Notes: generated by a model from the letters alone, not told the origin. Positions 27,370 to 35,757 are shown, counted from the first letter of the stretch. The stretch: 63,823 bases of DNA from Oscillospiraceae bacterium (GCA_035353335.1 DAOPZJ010000005.1:8530-72352); one strand, 5' to 3'. A program made the numbers and translations.

Positions 27370-28047
27370 TCAAGCGTTCACAACCCGCCCGTCTGAAAGG
27401 CGGATGACACGGTCGCAGAGATTGCCGACTTTTTCATCGTGGGTCACGATCACGATGGTCTTGCCGAGTTCGGTGTTGATCTTGCGAAATAACGCCATGA
27501 TGTTGTCCTCGGTGGCCTCGTCGACCGATCCGGTCGGTTCATCGGCGAGCAGCACTTCCGCTTTTTTAACCAGTGCCCGCGCGATCGACACTCGCTGCTG
27601 CTGACCGCCCGAGAGCTGTCCGGGATAATTCCTGGCTTTGTCGGAGATCTCGAGCATTTCAAGTACCTTCATGACCCGCTTTTGGATTTTCTTGCGGCTT
27701 AACCCTTTGTACTTTAACGGCAGCGCGACATTGTAAAACACCGTCTGATCCTCGATCAGCGCAAAGTTTTGCACGATCAACCCGATGTTATCCTTGCGAA
27801 ACCGTGAAAGGGCATTGGGGTTTTTGAGATTGACCGGCTTATCCTGAAACCGGTAATCGCCCTTGTCAACCTTGTTCAGCCCCGCCATGACATAGAGCAG
27901 CGTCGATTTACCCGAACCGGACTTGCCCATCACGGCGCACATCTCGCCCTCTTTGATATCGAGCGTCGCGCCGTTCAGGGCCCTGACGAGCCCATCGCCT
28001 TTTCCGTAATACTTGTGGACGTCTTTTAATTCAATGATGTTTTCCAT
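27370..28047 (-). CDS. ABC transporter ATP-binding protein (MacB/LolD/bacteriocin-exporter type)
   Basis: Walker A GKSGSGKST, Q-loop region QNFALIEDQTV, signature LSGGQQQRV and Walker B LLADEPTGSVD are present. Confidence 0.9.
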   Translation of the reverse strand: MENIIELKDVHKYYGKGDGLVRALNGATLDIKEGEMCAVMGKSGSGKSTLLYVMAGLNKVDKGDYRFQDKPVNLKNPNALSRFRKDNIGLIVQNFALIEDQTVFYNVALPLKYKGLSRKKIQKRVMKVLEMLEISDKARNYPGQLSGGQQQRVSIARALVKKAEVLLADEPTGSVDEATEDNIMALFRKINTELGKTIVIVTHDEKVGNLCDRVIRLSDGRVVNA

Positions 28048-28065
28048 GTATTCTCCTCCTGAAAA

Positions 28066-29235
28066 CTATTCTCTTCTCAGCGCGTCGCCCGGTTCGACCC
28101 GCATGGTCTGCACGAACGGCACGATTGCAATCAAAATGTTGAAGACCAGCGCACCCAAATACGCCACCAGCATCTCCGGCGAAAAGAACGATTTCAAATT
28201 CAGATATCCGACCTTTGCGATGATAAAATATACTCCGTAACTGATTAAAAACCCCAAGTGGAATAAAATCATCAGTCGTCCGAACATCCGCCACAGCGTA
28301 AACGAGGTCGAAAACCCGAGCATTCGCTGAACGGCAACCCGCTTTCTGCGCCGTTCGGCCCAAAACATCGTCAGCGGCACTGTCGACAATACTACGCAGA
28401 AGCAGGCGAAGATCAGCATGATCAAATTTAACAGTTCCATGTTGAAAAAGCCCGACACCGTGAACACCGAATCAGGTACTTCCAGCTCGACGACACTCAC
28501 GCCTTGCGCTGTCAGAATCGCGCTGAACTTTTCTTTGAGTTCTTCTTTGCGGCTTTGGTCATTTTTCCCGTCCCCGACAAAATCGATGATAAACGGCTCC
28601 GACTGGCTGATATAGGCCCCGTAACCGTCCATATTGTAAAGTACCGTTTTATTGATATCGCTCACCACCGGATAGCCCACCGCCCCGACGACTTCCCACT
28701 TCCGGTCGGTGCCCAAACTGAAATAATCCACACCGTCTTGGCGGGTGATATTTAAAAGTAGGCTTTTTCCCACCACGCATTTGTAATATCCCTTTCCAAA
28801 ATCCGACTCCTCAAAATACCGCCCGTAAGTCACCCGCAGCGACGTCGGCAGCTGTCCGCCGAAAGCGACAGAATACCAGGGGATTGAACCGCTTATCAAC
28901 CGTTGATAAACCACCACATCCCCCTCGGTTCGGATAAAGTCCATCACCTGTTTTGTAATATCGACTTTCTGTGTGAAATTCAGATTTTCATCAACTCCCC
29001 GCATGGCAAGCACAAAAACGTTGGGGCTGAACAGTCCCTTCTCCGCCTTGTTCATCTCGTATTTCTCAACCGCGTAACTGCCGAAAAAGATGGTGCCTAC
29101 GCCGATCGCCGCGAAGATGACCACCAGTGCGAACTCCTCGATTTTTATCCGCAGCTTCGCGTGCTTTTTACGGGGCTTCTTACTTGCTTTCTCTTTTTCC
29201 CGTAAAGGGTGTTTCCATGCTGTGTTTTCAACCAT
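28066..29235 (-). CDS. FtsX-like ABC permease (one N-terminal TM, large extracytoplasmic domain, three C-terminal TMs)
   Basis: The topology and the C-terminal 3-TM bundle ending RVEPGDALRRE fit the family. The start is at MVENTAW after GGAAGGA. Confidence 0.75.
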   Translation of the reverse strand: MVENTAWKHPLREKEKASKKPRKKHAKLRIKIEEFALVVIFAAIGVGTIFFGSYAVEKYEMNKAEKGLFSPNVFVLAMRGVDENLNFTQKVDITKQVMDFIRTEGDVVVYQRLISGSIPWYSVAFGGQLPTSLRVTYGRYFEESDFGKGYYKCVVGKSLLLNITRQDGVDYFSLGTDRKWEVVGAVGYPVVSDINKTVLYNMDGYGAYISQSEPFIIDFVGDGKNDQSRKEELKEKFSAILTAQGVSVVELEVPDSVFTVSGFFNMELLNLIMLIFACFCVVLSTVPLTMFWAERRRKRVAVQRMLGFSTSFTLWRMFGRLMILFHLGFLISYGVYFIIAKVGYLNLKSFFSPEMLVAYLGALVFNILIAIVPFVQTMRVEPGDALRRE

Positions 29236-29239
29236 AATC

Positions 29240-30640
29240 CTATTCCTTCCCGCGCAGCAGCGTATCATATTCCACGACTGAAATCTTGATCAGCGGGAAA
29301 GCAAGCGCAATCAGTGAGACAACCAAGCTCACCCCGATGGCGCATGCGGCGGCAAACAGGCTGATTTTCGAGACCTGAACCCCGAAAATGCCCATCTCGT
29401 TATAGGTAAACACCCCGCCGCCGAAAAACAACGCGCATAAAAACGCCCCGACATTCGAAATGAACATGATGACCAGCACTTCAAAAATCATAAACCACTT
29501 GATGTGTGCCACCGTCCCGCCCGAGATCAAATGAATGGCATAGGTCTTGAAGGAGGCCATCAGCTTGTTTGCCAAGTTCAGCGATAAGCACAGTGTCGAA
29601 CTGGCAAGTATTAATATTGAAGCCAACAGCAATAAATCGAAATAATCGTCGGCGCTCTGTTTAAAGCTGTCGCTGATCATCATCACACGGCGTTTGGATG
29701 AAGATAACATCGAAAACCCATTTTGTTTGATATACTGATCAATCGGATAAGATACATCCTTTGTGAAAATAACTCCCTCGCACATATGTTCCAATTGCAT
29801 AATATACGTTGTCTTTCCGTATTTTTCATAATATGATAAATTCGAATAAGCCGGATTGTTTTTGTCCGCGCCGGGCGGTGTCGCCATTTTTATATAGTCA
29901 AGATAGGGAATCAACACATAGGTATCCAGCGATACAATAGTGTCCAAATCGGTTGCGCCGGGCGGCAGAATTGAAATGCCGGGTTCCAAGAAGCCAACAA
30001 TCTCATAGTCCTGTGAAAATCCATTGTAAAGGTGCGACGCGCCATTCAGAATATCGCCGACCTTGTAATACTCATGCCATGCCCAGCCGCAGACAATCGG
30101 AATCACCTTCGCGTTATAATCGGTGTGGTCAAAATCGGAAAAATCTGTCCCAACCGCAATCTTGAGGTTGAACCGACCGAAAACCCGCTCATCAATTGAA
30201 TATGCCAACACATTCGATAAATATTTTCCGGTGCTTTCGACATACATATATTCACGCGCGGCATTAAATTCCTGATAGCCGGCGAGACAATTGTCTCCGA
30301 CTTTCAGGTCGTATAATTGCAGCACACTATCCGTAAAATGCAAAAATTTAAATTCGGGCGCCGCGTTGATTTGCCGAAAATAATTCCGTAATCCCTCAAC
30401 CTGTTCTTCTGTATATGCTTTATCCCCGCTTAAGCTATTGATCGGCGCGGTGACGAAAAATCGGTATTCATCCTCGGGATATGCCGAATAAAAATCGTCC
30501 ACGCGTTCCTCGTTGTGCTCGGCATATCCCATCGCGCCGATAATCAAAAACAGACCGACCACCATCATGATGATAATCAGCGCGGAGAGGAGCTTTCGGC
30601 GCGTCAAGCTGTGAAACGCCTGCTCCAGAATAATTTTCAT
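29240..30640 (-). CDS. FtsX-like / DUF1430-like ABC permease
   Basis: The architecture matches the previous gene: TM1 is LLSALIIIMMVVGLFLIIGAM, followed by a large extracytoplasmic domain and three C-terminal TMs. The start is at MKIILEQ, 9 nt after AAGAAGGTG. Confidence 0.75.
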   Translation of the reverse strand: MKIILEQAFHSLTRRKLLSALIIIMMVVGLFLIIGAMGYAEHNEERVDDFYSAYPEDEYRFFVTAPINSLSGDKAYTEEQVEGLRNYFRQINAAPEFKFLHFTDSVLQLYDLKVGDNCLAGYQEFNAAREYMYVESTGKYLSNVLAYSIDERVFGRFNLKIAVGTDFSDFDHTDYNAKVIPIVCGWAWHEYYKVGDILNGASHLYNGFSQDYEIVGFLEPGISILPPGATDLDTIVSLDTYVLIPYLDYIKMATPPGADKNNPAYSNLSYYEKYGKTTYIMQLEHMCEGVIFTKDVSYPIDQYIKQNGFSMLSSSKRRVMMISDSFKQSADDYFDLLLLASILILASSTLCLSLNLANKLMASFKTYAIHLISGGTVAHIKWFMIFEVLVIMFISNVGAFLCALFFGGGVFTYNEMGIFGVQVSKISLFAAACAIGVSLVVSLIALAFPLIKISVVEYDTLLRGKE

Positions 30641-30657
30641 TTTAAAATGCACCTTCT

Positions 30658-31032
30658 TTATTCGACTTTCGTCAATACAATATCCTCGCCGTCCCTTGTC
30701 AGCGTCAGCGTTTTTCCGTCCTCGCTGAGTGCATAGGTAAATTCCTTGCTCTCCACGTCGAGATAAAGACCGCTCATGATGAGCTTATCCTTCTTCACCT
30801 CGTATTTACCTTCGTTCTTCTTATCACTGATTATTCCGCCCATTGCAGTCATAGATGCTGTGTTTTCCATTGTGCCGCCTTTATTGAAGACATAAGTTAT
30901 TTTCGACAGCGGTTCTGAATAACTCCACTTTCCGACCAATACTTTTCGGGATGAACACGCAGCTGAAAAAATCGCCGTGACTGTGATTGTCAAAACGACA
31001 GCCATTAACGCTATAACTTTATGTGTTTTCAT
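30658..31032 (-). CDS. Small lipocalin-like lipoprotein
   Basis: The lipobox is FSAAC. The mature part begins VLVGKWSY and is consistent with a lipocalin-like beta-barrel. Confidence 0.65.
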   Translation of the reverse strand: MKTHKVIALMAVVLTITVTAIFSAACSSRKVLVGKWSYSEPLSKITYVFNKGGTMENTASMTAMGGIISDKKNEGKYEVKKDKLIMSGLYLDVESKEFTYALSEDGKTLTLTRDGEDIVLTKVE

Positions 31033-31099
31033 AACTATTTCCCCCTTCGACCTTACGCTTTTGACGAATGGTTATCCGCCAGTAAAACAATAAAACTGC

Positions 31100-32611
31100 T
31101 CATTTTTGGTCATTGATATATCGCGCTGCCTGATATTGTGAGATATCTTCGCCCGTCTGCGCCGCAATATAATTCAGCGCGGTCTGAAAGTATGTATCGA
31201 CTGAGAACTCAATCGGGGTCGGGATAATATAGTATTTTTGAAAATAATTATAATTATTTGTATCCCAGTTCTCATTTTTTTCAACAGCGATGCTGTCACG
31301 CCCCCAATACCAGATTCTGCCGTCTTGTTTTTCCGCAAAAACCGGTCCATATCCGCATTTGAATACCCGTTTAACGTTATCAAGGATTTTGGTAGGTTGA
31401 ACATAAGTCGCACCGATGTTAACAAGACGCGCGACTGAACTGTAGTCATCTTTATCATATGTTTGGAAATAATCGCCCACGCCCAGCATTCCGCCGTCTC
31501 GCGCGCCCCAGACCCATAACGTGTAGTCTTTTTTGATTGCGTAGGCCGTACTGTATGCCGGTGCAAATTCCCGTACATTTTCCATAATTTTAACCGGCAC
31601 CGTCCGATACGAGGTCTTCGCTCCGTTGGTTCTGGTTGAGACGGGTTCTCCGGTCAGCATGAGATCGTGATCGTTCAATCCCCATCCGTATAACACGCCA
31701 TCTTCGGTTACGGCATAAGCACTATAAAGATTTATCCACGCGTTTGATACATTTTCCAATACTTTATTTGGTTCGAAAAAATATGCATCCCCGTTTGTCT
31801 GCGTACTCATGTCGCCCGTTTTTTCGTTTCCGCAAGCGCCGAACTCGTTGTCTCCCGATATATATAAATCACCCATGCGGGTCAAAAATCCGACATTATA
31901 ATTGGTGCCGTTTTCGTCCTTGATTAATCGAACCACGTTTTTGAGGATCATTTTCGGTTTTTGCGAAACTTTCATTTCGGAATAATCAAATCCAAAAGAC
32001 CAAACGGTTCCGTCTTGTTTTAAAACGATCCATTCTTTATAGTTTTGGACGGTATCCGCTACCGTTTCCATAACCAACACGCTGTTTTCTTTCAAAGACA
32101 GATTGGGATTATAAAGTATTTTCTCGGGGATCGCATATAATCCGCCCATCCGGTCAATAAAAAACAAACTGTCATATACAACCCCGTCACCAACCTCATG
32201 CGGGGATAAAAAGGTCTCTCCGTTGCGAAGTCTTCCGTGTTCAAAAAGCTGTTGATCTTTCGTTACGATATATTTTCCGAATATTACCTCAGACACCGAT
32301 TTTAAAACCTTTTTCGGCTGATTGTTGATTATCACGTTTTCGCCCTGCCCGAGCGAGTATTTTGAAAGCGATGAGAGTGATTCATCGTTTTTTACGTTTT
32401 GGTTATTTATCTCTGCACTTCGACTGATGTTACATTGATCCGCGCCCCAGGTAAATAAATCCCCGTTTGCATTGATGAAAACATTAACCCCGCAATGGTA
32501 ATCATAATCGGGTAAAACAGATTCCGGAACGGTTGCTGCGGTTTTGTTTCCCGAACAACCGCATATCGACAATACAACCATAAATAAACACAATATTATA
32601 TTTTTTTTCAT
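31100..32611 (-). CDS. RCC1/BLIP-II-like beta-propeller repeat lipoprotein
   Basis: The lipobox is LSICGC. Recurrent blade motifs include LFTWGADQ, LYISGDNEFGACG, LYGWGLNDHDL, LWVWGARDGGMLGVG and IWYWGRDS. The gene is AT-rich. Confidence 0.7.
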   Translation of the reverse strand: MKKNIILCLFMVVLSICGCSGNKTAATVPESVLPDYDYHCGVNVFINANGDLFTWGADQCNISRSAEINNQNVKNDESLSSLSKYSLGQGENVIINNQPKKVLKSVSEVIFGKYIVTKDQQLFEHGRLRNGETFLSPHEVGDGVVYDSLFFIDRMGGLYAIPEKILYNPNLSLKENSVLVMETVADTVQNYKEWIVLKQDGTVWSFGFDYSEMKVSQKPKMILKNVVRLIKDENGTNYNVGFLTRMGDLYISGDNEFGACGNEKTGDMSTQTNGDAYFFEPNKVLENVSNAWINLYSAYAVTEDGVLYGWGLNDHDLMLTGEPVSTRTNGAKTSYRTVPVKIMENVREFAPAYSTAYAIKKDYTLWVWGARDGGMLGVGDYFQTYDKDDYSSVARLVNIGATYVQPTKILDNVKRVFKCGYGPVFAEKQDGRIWYWGRDSIAVEKNENWDTNNYNYFQKYYIIPTPIEFSVDTYFQTALNYIAAQTGEDISQYQAARYINDQK

Positions 32612-32636
32612 GACATCGCCTCCGTATCATTTTCTG

Positions 32637-33813
32637 CGTTCTGTAAAGTTAAATGAAAATTGAGGACATCAAAGCCTTTGTGGTACAATGTTTCTGCCAA
32701 AACCAAGTACCTCCCAAAGGAGAGATGTCCCCATGCAGAAAATTGTATCAATTATTTATCCGAAATGCAACAACCAAAAGTCGTTTTATCGTTATGGCAA
32801 AGATAGTGATGGTTATCAAAAATATCTTTGCCGGAATTGTTACCATCAGTTTTCTCCCGAACGCCTGAGGGCGGAGGGAGAAAAGCGGCGCTATCCGCCC
32901 TGTCCCGTCTGTGGTAAAACGAGCTTCCTGCACCATGATTATGAGCACTACAGCAACTATCGCTGCTGCGGCAAGCGATGTAATCACTCTTTCTTCGTGT
33001 GGAAGTCAATCGCCGTCTCTAATCCTTCTATGTCTTCTCTTTTTGGAAAACACAATTTCAAGCGTATGCGTTATCCTGTTCAAATCATTATCACATCACT
33101 TTCCCTGTTTTTCCTCGGGAAAAACTCTTTCCGAAACATTTCTTTGATCATGAAAACCGCTTTCAACATCAATGTCTCTCATATCACAATCGGTAATTGG
33201 TGTACGCGTATTGCTCCGCTTTTTGATGATATGCGCATTCAATTGATGCCGATGCTCGATCTCAACTCCGATGAGTGGCATGCCGACGAGACAGTGGTTA
33301 AAATCGCAGGAGTGAAGTATTATCTTTGGTTCGTCGTCGACAGCGAAACCAGATTCATCATCGCCTTCCACCTCTCTCCTCACAGGGATTCTCCGCAAGC
33401 CGTTTCTGTGCTTCATGAAGCACAGAAATACGGAACGCCGAACACCATTGTCTCTGATCGCTACAGTGCCTACAAAACCCCTGTCAAATCCCTGTTTGAC
33501 GATGTCAAGCATATCAGGGGCGAAAGTTTCAAGGATGACATCTCAAACAATCTCATCGAGTGCTTCAACAAGCAATTTAAGGCCTGGTACAAGACAAAAC
33601 AGGGGTTTTCTTCTTTTCATTCCGCCAATAATCTCATCTCCTTGTTCGTTTTCTTCTTCAATTTCATCCGCCCTCATTCCGCTTTGAACGGTTTGACTCC
33701 CGCTCAAGTCGCCGGTCTCAACCTTTCAAATATTCAAAAACGGAGGTTCTTGCTCGTCGCGTGAGCTTTTGTATCGTTAGGCACCCTATTCTTTCATCTT
33801 AACTTTACTGTGC
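32637..33813 (+). mobile_element. IS6-family insertion sequence with flanking direct repeat CATTTTCTG
   Basis: There is a single transposase ORF. The terminal inverted repeats share GTAAAGTTAA(A/G)ATGAAA (left 32643-32660, right complement 33791-33808). An identical 9-mer CATTTTCTG lies at 32628-32636 and 33814-33822. This fits the 8-bp duplication expected for IS6, leaving the exact end one base uncertain. Confidence 0.75.
32733..33764 (+). CDS. IS6-family DDE transposase with an N-terminal zinc-ribbon
   Basis: WHADETVVKIAGVKYYLWFVVD, TIVSDRYSAY and NNLIECFNKQFK give the D-D-E spacing and the DETxxKxxG..YLW.vvD signature of IS6/IS26-like enzymes. The N-terminus has CNNQ...CRNC and CPVCG...CCGKRC. 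Confidence 0.85.
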   Translation: MQKIVSIIYPKCNNQKSFYRYGKDSDGYQKYLCRNCYHQFSPERLRAEGEKRRYPPCPVCGKTSFLHHDYEHYSNYRCCGKRCNHSFFVWKSIAVSNPSMSSLFGKHNFKRMRYPVQIIITSLSLFFLGKNSFRNISLIMKTAFNINVSHITIGNWCTRIAPLFDDMRIQLMPMLDLNSDEWHADETVVKIAGVKYYLWFVVDSETRFIIAFHLSPHRDSPQAVSVLHEAQKYGTPNTIVSDRYSAYKTPVKSLFDDVKHIRGESFKDDISNNLIECFNKQFKAWYKTKQGFSSFHSANNLISLFVFFFNFIRPHSALNGLTPAQVAGLNLSNIQKRRFLLVA

Positions 33814-33866
33814 CATTTTCTGGGACGGGCGGATAAGGTTAAAACTTATCCGCCCACAGGTTCCGA

Positions 33867-34226
33867 TTAGCAGTGGCACCATGTGCCCCAATCGGTAACG
33901 TAATTATTTAAATAATCCTCTCCGACTGTTGGGGATTGACAGATCGATTGTACTGTTCCAACATGAGTATCAGATGAGTCGGATGAATAATCCCAAAAAT
34001 CATCTGGGCCAAACATACTGGACCAACACCCATATGGCGAAACATAACATTCAGCCCAGGATGTTACGATCTTGTAAGAGTTTGGTCCAGACCCGTAAGT
34101 GTTTGTTCCTCCTCCGCCGTTACAGGCAGAAGACATACTTGCACTTGTCGGAATGACAGCGAACGACGCAGCCATGAGAACCGCCATCAGGACGATCAGA
34201 TATTTGCGAATCTTTTTATACATCAT
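33867..34226 (-). CDS. Small secreted Cys-, Trp- and Tyr-rich protein (candidate bacteriocin or toxin-like product)
   Basis: AGGGGGT SD lies 7 nt upstream. The signal peptide is MMYKKIRKYLIVLMAVLMAASFAVIPTSA. The mature part of about 90 aa has 6 Cys and ends WGTWCHC. No family was recognised. Confidence 0.65.
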   Translation of the reverse strand: MMYKKIRKYLIVLMAVLMAASFAVIPTSASMSSACNGGGGTNTYGSGPNSYKIVTSWAECYVSPYGCWSSMFGPDDFWDYSSDSSDTHVGTVQSICQSPTVGEDYLNNYVTDWGTWCHC

Positions 34227-34370
34227 ATTTGTTACCCCCTGTAACATTCCTTATGTAATACTTTTTTGTATTACATGTTTTATACTTACAGGTGTGATTT
34301 TTCCCGGGACGCTGAATGACCCTGTCGCCAAAACGGATGATCTATATAGAACCACTCGCCGCGTCTCGGG

Positions 34371-34550
34371 TCAATGATTGTAAATCTGCACTTCCCGTAT
34401 GGGCATTGACGCCCGAAGCAGACGACAGAAAGAATGCCATTTGATTTTATCCGATAAATTACTGGACATATCGGCGGAATCGTTTTGGCCAAAACCGTTT
34501 CCAGCGAAAATCAAACATGCCGAAAAATGAACTTTTTTCCATGCTCCCAT
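34371..34550 (-). CDS. Candidate 59-aa small ORF with a strong SD
   Basis: AAAGGAGGTG lies 7 nt before the ATG. It translates to MGAWKKVHFSACLIFAGNGFGQNDSADMSSNLSDKIKWHSFCRLLRASMPIREVQIYNH. It falls below the ORF-track length cutoff, so I translated it by hand. Confidence 0.3.
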   Translation of the reverse strand: MGAWKKVHFSACLIFAGNGFGQNDSADMSSNLSDKIKWHSFCRLLRASMPIREVQIYNH

Positions 34551-34729
34551 CGTATTTCACCTCCTTTGTTTGATTCTATCCAAACGAATTCGTTGTATAG
34601 GTCTTATTTTTTTAATCGCACAATTGTACAATATATGTATTCATAATCTCGATTGTAACTTTTTCCCCGGCTATCTCCCCTTGCTTATACTTTTCTCTTC
34701 AGTTCATTCCCCAATATCTTTCTGCCAAT

Positions 34730-34758
34730 ATCTTACACGACATTCGCTAATTTGTCAA
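34730..34758 (-). promoter_or_regulatory. Candidate promoter for the small-ORF / Cys-rich-protein genes
   Basis: On the minus strand: TTGACA (34758-34753), a 17-nt spacer, then TAAGAT (34735-34730). Confidence 0.3.
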
Positions 34759-35200
34759 GTAGTATTTCTCATTGTTTTTTGACAAAATTCGACACAAAAT
34801 TATTCTCTCTTCAGCCCATCTCCGGGGCTAAACCCGCATTGGCTTGCAAAAATCCGGATGTTTTAAAAAGGAATAATTACGTACAATTTAGTCTGCCTAT
34901 TTTCTTCTTGTTTTTGACCTATTCTCTGTAGGCTATTTCTCTTTACCGCGATTCCCATAAATAATTAAAATGTGCACTTACCTACCTCAAGAATGCACAT
35001 AGCAGCGACTTTTCGTTAAAAGATTTGGTGCAAAAAACATAAATATGACCTCATTTTTGTAAATCAAGCGATAACAAGAGCCATAAATCTTTAAACAGTA
35101 TCGAAAAATCCTTTAGTAACGCCACTTTTCCATAAAATAAAAGAACACTCGCTTTGATACCATCGTATCAAAATAGGCGTTCTATTATGAAAACAACAAT

Positions 35201-35722
35201 TTACAGCAGAGAACTCAATTTCGTTTTCTCGACGGCTTTATACAACAACAGCCCGCCTCCGAAACAGGCGACTGCCTGACCCGCGGCAACCGTCAGCGCG
35301 TTGAACCCAAACAAAGGCCAGTCCAGGAATCCCTTCTCCGCAACCGTAAATTCGACGCCGAGAACAAGGGCGTTAAGGAGGACGGGGAAGACGAGCGAGA
35401 GCAGCGGCAGCCCTTTAAATCGGATTTTGCGTGTGTAATAGGTGCAGACGGCCGCGATGCCGGTTGCGAGGGAGCCGAACAGGATATCCCAAACGCCCGC
35501 GACGGTGTTTCCGGCGAAGATCGCGACGCCGTTGGAGATGGCGCAGCCGAGCGTCAGCCCCCAGACGGATGAGAAGGTGAAGACAGGCAGCACGGTCAGC
35601 GCCTCAGACAGGCGGCATTGTACCGGTCCGAAAGCGATCGGATAGAGGACCAGCGTGAGCACAGCATACGCGGCGGCGATGATGCCGCCCCGGGTGATGT
35701 GTTTGGTGCCTTTTTTCATCAT
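35201..35722 (-). CDS. queT: Queuosine-precursor transporter QueT
   Basis: ITRGGIIAAAYAVLTLVLYPIAFGPVQCRLSEALTVLP is typical of the QueT (ECF S-component-like) family. The start is at MMKKGTKH. Confidence 0.85.
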   Translation of the reverse strand: MMKKGTKHITRGGIIAAAYAVLTLVLYPIAFGPVQCRLSEALTVLPVFTFSSVWGLTLGCAISNGVAIFAGNTVAGVWDILFGSLATGIAAVCTYYTRKIRFKGLPLLSLVFPVLLNALVLGVEFTVAEKGFLDWPLFGFNALTVAAGQAVACFGGGLLLYKAVEKTKLSSLL

Positions 35723-35727
35723 AAATT

Positions 35728-35757
35728 CCATTCCTTTTTTGAGTTTGGAACAAACTC
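35728..35757 (-). promoter_or_regulatory. Candidate preQ1-I-like H-type pseudoknot that sequesters the SD
   Basis: The minus strand reads GAGTT-TGTTCCA-AACTC-AAAAAA-GGAA. A 5-bp P1 is followed by an A-rich tail, and the tail GGAA (part of the SD) is complementary to loop TTCC. It sits directly upstream of queT, a classical preQ1-regulated gene. Confidence 0.3.

Noticed and set aside
29240-29268. Apparent 29-nt overlap between the two FtsX-like permease ORFs.
   Set aside because: The overlap disappears if the downstream gene starts at the ATG at 29235, which has its own GGAAGGA SD. It is not a programmed frameshift or fusion.
34286-34492. 68-aa TTG-initiated ORF (Cys-rich, CPVIY...CFGRQCPYGKC) overlapping the 59-codon ORF in another frame.
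   Set aside because: It has a non-ATG start without an SD. The competing frame has ATG plus a perfect SD. It also extends into the promoter/SD region of the Cys-rich secreted protein gene.
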